Source of the DNA: an uncultured Gemmatimonadales bacterium
Lineage (GTDB): Bacteria; Gemmatimonadota; Gemmatimonadetes; Gemmatimonadales; Gemmatimonadaceae
Length of the DNA: 64,000 bases
Direction of reading: 5' to 3'
Assembly: GCA_963707505.1 (NCBI GenBank)
Contig: CAVPQB010000003.1
Location: 704,001-768,000 of the forward strand
Positions 51,375 through 59,575 of this stretch are shown in pieces. Each line of letters begins with the position of its first letter. Positions within the stretch are counted from its first letter, which is position 1. A program made the translations under genes and the position numbers. The notes beneath the pieces are model-generated. The model ran no database searches. It was not told where the DNA came from and worked only from the letters and a program-made list of their open reading frames with translations.

Positions 51375-52409
51375 ATGACTCGCATCCTTGGTATCGAGAC
51401 ATCGTGCGATGAAACGTCAGCTGCGATTGTCGACGACGCGAATGGCGTTCCAACGCTTCGCTCACTCGTCATTCTGTCGCAGGATGTGCATCGCGTGTTC
51501 GGAGGTGTAGTCCCGGAGATCGCGTCGCGCGCACATCTCACGGCGATAGTTCCCGTGGTACGCGAGACTGTTGCACAGGCAGCCACTACCCTGGGTGACC
51601 TCGACGCTGTGGCGGTCACGACCGAGCCAGGACTGGTTGGTGCGCTCATGGTAGGACTCAACTACGCCAAGGGTCTGTCGCTCGCGCTCGATATTCCGAT
51701 GGTCGCGGTCCATCACATGGAAGGCCATCTCTTCGCGACTTCGCTGGATGATGCGACCGCCCAGCCACCGTTCACGGCGCTGCTGGTTTCCGGCGGTCAT
51801 ACTCTGTTGCTGGATGTTCCAGCGTGGGGCAAGTACAAGCTGCTCGGCTCCACGCGCGATGACGCCGCCGGCGAAGCGTTCGACAAGGTCGCGAAGTTGC
51901 TTGGCTTGCCATATCCCGGCGGGCGTCACGTGGAAGCGCTCGCCCGCGACGGAGATCCTTCGCGTTTCCACTTCAGCCGTCCGATGTTGCACAGAAATAC
52001 ACCGAACGATGATTCGTCATATTTTGACGTTTCATTCAGCGGACTCAAGACCGCTGTGCTCAATGCGGTACGCGGCTCGACCGACATCGAGCGCGATCGT
52101 GCCGACATCGCCCGCGGATTTCAGGATGCGCTCATCGAGACACTTGTCGAGAAAACCGCGCGTGCGGCCGCGATGTTTCATCGCGATCGGATAGTGCTCG
52201 GCGGTGGCGTCGCCTGCAATCACACGTTGATCGAGGCGATGCGCGCGCGGATGGGCATCCACGTCGAGGTGTTTGCGCCTACCCCGCGACTCGCTACGGA
52301 CAACGCCGCCATGATCGCCCGGGCGGGACTCTTCCGTTATAATCATGGTGAGCGGGCATCGCTCGACCATGCCGCACGAGCGACCGCACCACTTCCTGGC
52401 CAGGAATGA
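51375..52409 (+). CDS. tsaD: tRNA N6-adenosine threonylcarbamoyltransferase
   Basis: GIETSCDE, GGVVPE.ASR.H, HHMEGH, LVSGGHT, DDAAGEAFDK, SFSGLKT, DNAAMI. Confidence 0.97.
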   Translation: MTRILGIETSCDETSAAIVDDANGVPTLRSLVILSQDVHRVFGGVVPEIASRAHLTAIVPVVRETVAQAATTLGDLDAVAVTTEPGLVGALMVGLNYAKGLSLALDIPMVAVHHMEGHLFATSLDDATAQPPFTALLVSGGHTLLLDVPAWGKYKLLGSTRDDAAGEAFDKVAKLLGLPYPGGRHVEALARDGDPSRFHFSRPMLHRNTPNDDSSYFDVSFSGLKTAVLNAVRGSTDIERDRADIARGFQDALIETLVEKTARAAAMFHRDRIVLGGGVACNHTLIEAMRARMGIHVEVFAPTPRLATDNAAMIARAGLFRYNHGERASLDHAARATAPLPGQE

Positions 52410-53260
52410 CCCACATCTTCGCTTCGATCTCACAGAACGCCTTCACCTACAACATCGGCCGATTCGAGTTCACCGGATTCGGCATCGCGATGCTGGCAGC
52501 ATTCATAATTGCCCAGATCGTCGCGCAGCGCGAGATGTGGCGCCGCGGCCACGATCCGGCGCCGATCTCCGACCTGGTCTTTGCGGCGGTGATCGGCGGA
52601 ATACTCGGCGGCAAGATCTACTACGCGATACTGATGGACGACGCCAGCGCGCTCTTCAGCCGAGCTGGTCTGGTATTCTGGGGCGGACTCATTGGTGGAA
52701 TCATCGCCGTGCTGTTCGTCGCGTGGCGCAAGAAGATGAGCCTGCTGCGCGTCGCGGACGTCGGAGGAATTGCCGTCGCCGCCGCCTACTCCATCGGACG
52801 TACCGGTTGCTGGGCAGTCGGAGACGACTATGGCCGACCGTGGAATGGACCGTGGGCCGTCTCATTTCCGAACGGCGCGCCGCCGAGTACGGTGGAGAAC
52901 ATGACGCGCATGTTCCACATGCCATTCCCCGCTGGAATGAATCCGATGCAGGTGGTGTCGGTGCACCCGACGCAGCTGTACGAAGTTGTGCTCGCGTTCA
53001 TCATGTTCCTGATTCTCTGGCGCCTGCGTGATCATGCGCACGCGGAAGGCTGGCTGTTCGGTCTCTATTGCGTGCTGGCCGGAACCGAGCGCTTCTTCAT
53101 GGAAATCTTTCGTGCGAAGGACGACCGCTTTTTCGGCCCGTTTACAACCGCCCAGGTGATCGCCGTGCTGTTCGTGATTGCGGGAGTAATCATCATGCAG
53201 CTTCGCCGCGACGTTACCGAGCGCGCACCGGGAATTCACGCACAACCCCGCTCGGCGTGA
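52406..53260 (+). CDS. lgt: Prolipoprotein diacylglyceryl transferase
   Basis: Multi-TM; GLVFWGG, IGRTGC, HPTQLYE, RFFMEIFR. Confidence 0.9.
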   Translation: MTHIFASISQNAFTYNIGRFEFTGFGIAMLAAFIIAQIVAQREMWRRGHDPAPISDLVFAAVIGGILGGKIYYAILMDDASALFSRAGLVFWGGLIGGIIAVLFVAWRKKMSLLRVADVGGIAVAAAYSIGRTGCWAVGDDYGRPWNGPWAVSFPNGAPPSTVENMTRMFHMPFPAGMNPMQVVSVHPTQLYEVVLAFIMFLILWRLRDHAHAEGWLFGLYCVLAGTERFFMEIFRAKDDRFFGPFTTAQVIAVLFVIAGVIIMQLRRDVTERAPGIHAQPRSA

Positions 53261-53299
53261 CCCCCTCCCGCCCGCAACGTGGTTTTGGAGACCAGGTGA

Positions 53300-53947
53300 T
53301 CAACCTGGCTCGAGATCCTGGTCGCAGATAGCGGCCTTCCGTCCGGTCCGTGCCTCGTATGCGCGAACGAAATCGGTCAACCGATCGGCTGAAAACATCG
53401 CTCGCGGGATCCCGAGCGCGCTGATAGTGCGCTCGATACCCGCCCGGTAACCCTCCACCTCGACCAGTACATCCATCCGCGGATACTGCTCGAATCGGAT
53501 GACTATCCGCGCATCGGCCTCCGCGCCCTTGATCTCATACTGCACGATTTTTCGGTCAATCTGACCGACAACCCCGAAACCTATCCGGCTGAGGATTGCC
53601 CCCAACTCGCTCGGATCGGTCACACCGGTCGTCAACTCGGACCGAACCTTGAAGCCGTCTTCGCGCGATGTGGGGCCTTTCCAATCGAGGTGCGCCGTTA
53701 CGCCAAGTGGACTCACGTAGCTGCGAAGCCGCAGGACGAAATCACTCGCGGCAAGCATCCGATCTGGCGTGTCGTAAATCCGGTCGTGCAATGAGCCATC
53801 GAATACGAGCAGCCCTCCCGCGTTTTCGATGTTGCGACGCGCAGCACCGACATCTTGCACACGCGCCTTGAGCTCGACTTCCCGCGTTGGCTCGCCCATC
53901 GGCTGGCTCGTCGCTCGCTCATCGGCTCGCTCATCCGACGATCGCAC
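53300..53947 (-). CDS. CYTH domain protein (class IV adenylate cyclase / triphosphate tunnel metalloenzyme)
   Basis: EVELK, YD, LRLR, KGP, R.E, VEVE motifs; start may be Met17. Confidence 0.85.
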   Translation of the reverse strand: MRSSDERADERATSQPMGEPTREVELKARVQDVGAARRNIENAGGLLVFDGSLHDRIYDTPDRMLAASDFVLRLRSYVSPLGVTAHLDWKGPTSREDGFKVRSELTTGVTDPSELGAILSRIGFGVVGQIDRKIVQYEIKGAEADARIVIRFEQYPRMDVLVEVEGYRAGIERTISALGIPRAMFSADRLTDFVRAYEARTGRKAAICDQDLEPG

Positions 53948-54623
53948 TCATGACGGCATCCGTGTCGCTCAGATCAGGGAACACCGCGTACGGATCGTGC
54001 GCTCTCAACTCGTCCACCGAGTACGAGCCGGTCGCAACGGCAATAGCGCGCGCGCCCAGCGTCCTGCCGCACGAGATGTCGGCAGGTGTATCGCCGATGA
54101 CTATCACATCACGTCCTCCGAGTGTTACACCGAACGCATCCTGCATGCGCCGATGCGCGATCGCGGGCAGCTCTCCGCGTATTTCGTGATCGGACCCGAA
54201 GGCGTTGATGCGAAACTGCTCGAAGTCCAGACCAACGGCACCGAGCTTCAGCCTCGCGCCTGACTCCACATTGCCGGTGAGAAGCCCCAGAACAGAGTCA
54301 TCGCGCGCGTGCACCGCGTGAATCAACTCGGCCACCCCAGGATACAGACCGACGTGTCGCTCCGCGTCGCCGAGCCGGCTCGGGAGAGTTGCGACGTAAA
54401 GAGAAATGACCTGTTCCATGCGTGCGTCGATCTCCGCCCCGTCGATTCCGGCATCGAGCATGGATTCGCGCACGATCTGCTTGTCAGTCTTGCCGTCGTA
54501 GCGCATGGACGCGTCACCCGCAGTTCCAAAGACTGTAGCGAGAGCATGTTCCATCGCGTCGCGACCAGCGCCGCCGGAGTGGAGGATCGTGCCGTCTATA
54601 TCGAAAAGAACCAGATGTTGCAT
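53931..54623 (-). CDS. HAD superfamily hydrolase (phosphoglycolate phosphatase-like)
   Basis: LFDIDGT, LTGN, IGDTPAD. Confidence 0.9.
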   Translation of the reverse strand: MQHLVLFDIDGTILHSGGAGRDAMEHALATVFGTAGDASMRYDGKTDKQIVRESMLDAGIDGAEIDARMEQVISLYVATLPSRLGDAERHVGLYPGVAELIHAVHARDDSVLGLLTGNVESGARLKLGAVGLDFEQFRINAFGSDHEIRGELPAIAHRRMQDAFGVTLGGRDVIVIGDTPADISCGRTLGARAIAVATGSYSVDELRAHDPYAVFPDLSDTDAVMSAIVG

Positions 54624-54647
54624 TATGGAAATGTGTGGGGGGGAGGC

Positions 54648-55529
54648 TCACGCACGGGTGAGAAACAATCCACCGATGATTGAAGCTGTGCCGGCAATCT
54701 GCCACGCAGTTGGCGCTTCACCGAGAGCCGCCCAGCCAGTGAGAATTGCCACGATCGGCTGGAGGTTGCTGTACATCGAAGTTCGCGTAGGTCCCAGAAC
54801 GCGGATTCCCCGGTAGTAAAAGAGATACGCGACTCCAATCGATATCACACTGCTGTATGCCACGCACCACCAGGCAGTAGCAGATGCATGAGCCGACGTG
54901 ATGCTGGAAATCGCGAACGGAGTAGCGAGCGCCAACGGCAACATTCCACCCGCCATTGTAAGCGCGCTCAGCTGCACTGAGTCGACGCGGTGCGTGAGAG
55001 GCTGCAATCCCACCGTATATACTGTCCAGCACAACACGCCCATGAACACGATCAGCGCTCCAATCATCGAGCCCTGCCGTGATGCGCCAGTCGCGCTGCC
55101 AAGCATGACGATCCCAACACCTCCAACCGAGAGCGCAATCCCGCCCCACGCTCTCGCACTCACCTTCTCCACGCCTCTGGCCCAGCTGAGCAGAGCGATG
55201 AAAGCGGGCGCCGATGCCAGGATGAGCGCAGCACTTCCGACGCGAGTGCGAGAGACTCCAAACACGAAGAGAAGCTGATACAGACCATTGCCGAGGACAC
55301 CCAGACCGAGCAGCCGCAGTACGTCCGATCTGGTCGGCCATTGCTTGCGTTGAAGCAGCACCGCCACCAGTAGCATCAATGTGGCGATGAGCACGCGCAT
55401 CCATGTGAACGCCAGCGCGCCGAATGCAAGGCCAGCATATTTGACCACCGCATAATTGACTCCCCATATCGTCGCCATGAGGAGAAGCAGCATGTCGGTG
55501 GATCCGAACGACTTTGACCGGTCTGGCAT
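54648..55529 (-). CDS. DMT/EamA family transporter
   Basis: IWG.N..VVK start, about 10 hydrophobic segments, LGE near the C-terminus. Confidence 0.9.
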   Translation of the reverse strand: MPDRSKSFGSTDMLLLLMATIWGVNYAVVKYAGLAFGALAFTWMRVLIATLMLLVAVLLQRKQWPTRSDVLRLLGLGVLGNGLYQLLFVFGVSRTRVGSAALILASAPAFIALLSWARGVEKVSARAWGGIALSVGGVGIVMLGSATGASRQGSMIGALIVFMGVLCWTVYTVGLQPLTHRVDSVQLSALTMAGGMLPLALATPFAISSITSAHASATAWWCVAYSSVISIGVAYLFYYRGIRVLGPTRTSMYSNLQPIVAILTGWAALGEAPTAWQIAGTASIIGGLFLTRA

Positions 55530-55553
55530 CTTCAAATCTAGTATCTTTAGAGT

Positions 55554-55985
55554 GTGCACATATCCTTTGCAGTATTCGCCGACGCGGCCAACTTGTCGCA
55601 GGAAGGTAAGCTCAACGTCCTCGGGATATTCGACGCGTTGCACGTGAGCACATTTCCGTCGATGCACCCGCGTGCTCACTTCGTGGTGCGTGTGAAGGGC
55701 GGTCCAGCGGATTCCGGTACACATCAGCTGACGTTTCGCTGGGTCAATCCGCGCGACGCAGAACTGTGGACTTCGAGCGGCGAGCTTGCGGTCGAGGCCG
55801 GCCCCACGGCTGCACTCGAAATGGACCTTCCCATAATCGCGGTGGTCGATCTGCCGCTCGATGCCGCTGGTCAGTATACCATGCGAGTCGAGCTGGATGG
55901 CGAGCCTGTGGCCCGAACGAGCGTTTTTGTCAACGGGCCTGCCGCCACGCTGCCCTACAGCACCTCGCCCACGCTGGTCTCGTAG
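55554..55985 (+). CDS. Hypothetical beta-sandwich protein (DUF6941-like)
   Basis: ADAAN..GKLNVLGIFD, G.Y.MRVELDG. Confidence 0.7.
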   Translation: MHISFAVFADAANLSQEGKLNVLGIFDALHVSTFPSMHPRAHFVVRVKGGPADSGTHQLTFRWVNPRDAELWTSSGELAVEAGPTAALEMDLPIIAVVDLPLDAAGQYTMRVELDGEPVARTSVFVNGPAATLPYSTSPTLVS

Positions 55986-56246
55986 GCGGGGCAGCCGAGC
56001 CGACGGCCCCGGCCCGCCCCGACCAGTCACGAACATACGTTTCGTGAACCATGACGCCATGCGTGCCGATACTGAAATCAGAGAAATGCCGCATCACTCT
56101 GGCCGGGCCCCGTCCGCGTTGGTGAGTGCGCCACAGCTCAGTTTCGAGCATGGGCACCAATGGACGCACGCCACGGCCCCCGCGTCCGTTGACGACGGCA
56201 GACATCACCGTCGTGTTAACCAGTTCTCCCGCTCGAAACGCCAGCC

Positions 56247-56504
56247 ATGATTGAGAAGATTCGCAATACTCTGCAACAGTACGCACATCTGAATCGCGAC
56301 GTGTCCACCATTTCGGCAGACGCGGACCTGTATGCGTACGGATTGACCTCACACGCCACCGTCAATCTCATGCTCGGACTGGAAGACGCCTTCCAGGTCG
56401 AGTTTCCGGAGCGCATGTTGCGCCGTCGAACCTTCGAGACCATCGCGAACATTCACGAATCGATCGTAGAGCTCACTGCCGGTCAGCCGGCGGCCGCATC
56501 CTGA
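56247..56504 (+). CDS. Aminoacyl carrier protein (phosphopantetheine-binding)
   Basis: DLYAYGLTSHATVNLMLGLEDAFQVEFP; LTS Ppant serine; next to the aa:CP ligase. Confidence 0.92.
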   Translation: MIEKIRNTLQQYAHLNRDVSTISADADLYAYGLTSHATVNLMLGLEDAFQVEFPERMLRRRTFETIANIHESIVELTAGQPAAAS

Positions 56505-56512
56505 GCGCCGGG

Positions 56513-57682
56513 ATGCCTATCACTGTGATGAGCCGTTCGTTCGGTGCTCTCGAGAAAGCACAGCGTATCGGGCTCGAAGTAGCGGCGCCCGCCGCAGACG
56601 CGGTCGACAGAGAAGCACGTTTTCCGTCGGAGTCGTTCGACGCGCTGCGTGCGGAGCGAATGCTCGGGATCTTCATTCCAACAGAGTTCGGCGGCGGCGG
56701 ATGCTCGCTCGCGGACGTCTCTGCGATATGCACCGCACTGGGCCAGCACTGTTCGGCAACCGCGATGATATTCGCGATGCATCAGATACAGGTCGCGTGC
56801 ATCGTCCGTCATGCGCGGGAATCCGATTTCTTCGCCAGCTACCTCGCGGAGCTTTCTGACACGCAATCACTGATCGCCTCGGCAACATCCGAGATCGGCG
56901 TCGGTGGCGACACTCGCTCGTCGGTCTGCGCAATCGAGCGCGACAACGGCTGCTTCTCGATCAAGAAGCAGGCGCCTGTCATCTCCTACGGCGAGTACGC
57001 GGATGCGATCCTCGCGACTGCACGTCGCACGCCGGATTCTCCGCCAAGCGATCAGGTGCTCGTGCTGCTGAAGCGCGACGAGTTCACCCTCGCACGCACG
57101 AGCGGTTGGGATACCCTGGGCTTCCGCGGTACGTGTAGCCCGGGCTTCATGCTCACCGCCCGCGCTACGGAAGATCACATTCTCTCTGATTCGTTCGCCG
57201 ACATCTCCAGTCAGACGATGCTCCCGGTGTCGCACATCGTGTGGACGTCGCTCTGGCTCGGAATCGCGACGGCTGCGGTTGGACGCGCGCGTGCCTACAT
57301 CAGGGCGGAGGCGCGCAAGAGTCCCGGCAAGACGCCAGCGGCCAGTGTCCGTCTCGCCGAGGTCGTCAGCAAGCTGCAGGGAATGCGCGCGCTGGTGAAC
57401 GATTCCGTGCGCGACTACGAAGCTACGAGTGGAGAAGCGGACGCTGCATCGGGGATGAACTTTGCCATCCGCATGAACAATCTCAAACTCAGCTGCTCCA
57501 CTGCTGTCGTGGACATCGTGAGTCAGTCGATGCTGATCTGCGGAATGTCCGGTTACCGCATCGATTCCAAATTCTCACTCGGCAGACTGCTACGCGACGC
57601 TTACGGCGCGGCGCTCATGATCAACAACGACCGCATCTACGGAGCAAACGCCGCCATGCTTCTGGTATCAAAGGATGATTGA
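56513..57682 (+). CDS. Acyl-CoA dehydrogenase-family flavoprotein
   Basis: VDREARFP, IPTEFGGGG, AMH, ATSE, W.TLG.RGTCS, CGMSGY, RLLRDA. Confidence 0.9.
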   Translation: MPITVMSRSFGALEKAQRIGLEVAAPAADAVDREARFPSESFDALRAERMLGIFIPTEFGGGGCSLADVSAICTALGQHCSATAMIFAMHQIQVACIVRHARESDFFASYLAELSDTQSLIASATSEIGVGGDTRSSVCAIERDNGCFSIKKQAPVISYGEYADAILATARRTPDSPPSDQVLVLLKRDEFTLARTSGWDTLGFRGTCSPGFMLTARATEDHILSDSFADISSQTMLPVSHIVWTSLWLGIATAAVGRARAYIRAEARKSPGKTPAASVRLAEVVSKLQGMRALVNDSVRDYEATSGEADAASGMNFAIRMNNLKLSCSTAVVDIVSQSMLICGMSGYRIDSKFSLGRLLRDAYGAALMINNDRIYGANAAMLLVSKDD

Positions 57683-58613
57683 TAGCGTTGCCGACCGTGA
57701 GACCGCGATTGACGCCTCGCGAAGCGAATATCTCGACGCCCTGCTCTCCAATGGCGTGATAACCGACACCGGCGTCCCGGGCGTCTATGGCAAGAGCCGC
57801 GAGTTCGAGCGCGTACTGGGCGGATTCGACCGGTTCGTGACCGAGTCGGGAGTCGATCAGAATGCCGAGGTGCTCCGGTTTCCCCCGGTGATCAACCGTG
57901 CGGACTTCGAGCGCAGTGGTTATCTCAAGTCATTCCCACATCTCACGGGCAGCATTCACGGCTTCCGTGGCAACGAGCGGGATCACGCGCAGATGCTGCG
58001 GATGCTCGAGAATGGAGAGGAGTGGACGGGTCATTTTCACAGCACCGATCTGATTCTGACTCCGGCGGCTTGCTATCCTGTTTATCCACTGGCGAGCGGC
58101 GTGCTCCCCAGGAATGGACGTCTCTTCGACGTGCAGTCGTACTGCTTCCGCTACGAACCGTCGAGCGATCCCGCACGCATGCAGGTATTCCGGATGCACG
58201 AGTATGTCAGGATAGGCACGCCGGATAACGTGCGGCGATTCCGCGATGTGTGGCTCGAGCGCAGCGAGGCGATGTTGAGATCGGTTGGGCTGGATGCAAA
58301 TGCAGTCGTCGCCAATGATCCGTTCTTCGGACGGGGCGGCGCCATTCTCGCCGCAAGCCAGGTGGAACAGGCCCTCAAGTTCGAGATGGTCGTACCGATC
58401 TCGACGCCGGAAGCGCTTACCGCGGTGGTCTCCTGCAACTACCATCAGGATCATTTCGGCAAGGCGTTCGGCATTGCAACCGCCGACGGTGATGTGGCGC
58501 ACACGGCATGTGTGGGCTTTGGTCTCGAGCGCATCACGCTCGCTCTCTTCATGGCCCATGGTTTCACTCCGTCGAGTTGGCCTACCGGGGTCCGGACGAC
58601 GCTCGGGCTGTGA
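57675..58613 (+). CDS. Amino acid--[carrier protein] ligase (truncated homolog of atypical methanogen-type SerRS)
   Basis: Class II aaRS core without a tRNA-binding domain: GYLKSFP, PAACYP, FRYEP (motif 2), FRMHEYV, SCNYH, ACVGFGLER (motif 3). Confidence 0.92.
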   Translation: MIDSVADRETAIDASRSEYLDALLSNGVITDTGVPGVYGKSREFERVLGGFDRFVTESGVDQNAEVLRFPPVINRADFERSGYLKSFPHLTGSIHGFRGNERDHAQMLRMLENGEEWTGHFHSTDLILTPAACYPVYPLASGVLPRNGRLFDVQSYCFRYEPSSDPARMQVFRMHEYVRIGTPDNVRRFRDVWLERSEAMLRSVGLDANAVVANDPFFGRGGAILAASQVEQALKFEMVVPISTPEALTAVVSCNYHQDHFGKAFGIATADGDVAHTACVGFGLERITLALFMAHGFTPSSWPTGVRTTLGL

Positions 58614-59575
58614 GTGCGACGGTGTTCGGGCTGAACGCCGCTACATATACGCCGCACGAGTTGCACCGTAGCGAGCGAGTCTGGCTCGAGACGAACTGCT
58701 ATGTCGATCTCTGGATCGAGCTGCTGCACACGATGCGGCTCGATCCAGTCGCGTCCATGGCGTTCACACTCGCGATGGATTTCGAGGGCGATCAGTGGAC
58801 GTTCTTCAAGCAACCCACCGCCGACCTCTACAATCTGTACGGGGTGGATGTCCAGGAACTGACTATCTGGCGGCCGGTCATCGACCATGTCGCTGAGCAG
58901 GTGACGCACGGGCGCGTGCCACTGGTGGAAGTGGATTCGTTCCATCTTCCCGATACGACCGGCGTGGCGTATGGCGTGGAGCACACCAAAACTACGATCG
59001 GCGTCGAGGCAATCGATCTCTCGGAGCGGCGCATGGGCTACTTCCACAACGCCGGCTATTTCGAGCTTTCCGGTGCCGACTTCGACGGACTCTTTCGTGA
59101 TGACAGGGAGTCGCTTGCCCCGTACACCGAGATCGCGAAGCTAGACCGGCTCGTGCACAGAAACGATGCCGAGCTGGGAGCGATGGCACTCGAGCTCACG
59201 CGATACTATCTCCGACGAATTCCGTGCGTGAACCCGGTCACGAAGTATCGCTCACGCTTTGCGGATGATATGACGTGGCTCGCCAGTGAGGAAATGGCCG
59301 TCTTCTACAAGTACGCGTTCGCGACGCTGAGACAGTGCGGTGCGTGCGCTGAGATGGCATCGACCTTTCTGACATGGCTTTCGAAGCGCGGAGGCGAGCT
59401 GACGCCGGCTGCTGATGAATTCGCAACCATCGCGTCGGGCGCAAAGGCGATCCAGTTCAAGGTCGCGCGCATGATGGCGACAAGGAAGCCCGCTGAGGTC
59501 ACGCTATTGCTGGACCAGATGGAAGCCAGCTGGGATCGCGCGATATCAGATCTGTTGACCCGATATGCTGCCTAA
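58610..59575 (+). CDS. DUF1839 family protein
   Basis: W.ETNCYVDLWIE, DFEGDQWTFFK, VDSF.LPDT.G..Y..EHTKT, YFHN.GY, YAFATLRQCG; GTGA overlap with the ligase stop. Confidence 0.8.
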   Translation: MSATVFGLNAATYTPHELHRSERVWLETNCYVDLWIELLHTMRLDPVASMAFTLAMDFEGDQWTFFKQPTADLYNLYGVDVQELTIWRPVIDHVAEQVTHGRVPLVEVDSFHLPDTTGVAYGVEHTKTTIGVEAIDLSERRMGYFHNAGYFELSGADFDGLFRDDRESLAPYTEIAKLDRLVHRNDAELGAMALELTRYYLRRIPCVNPVTKYRSRFADDMTWLASEEMAVFYKYAFATLRQCGACAEMASTFLTWLSKRGGELTPAADEFATIASGAKAIQFKVARMMATRKPAEVTLLLDQMEASWDRAISDLLTRYAA

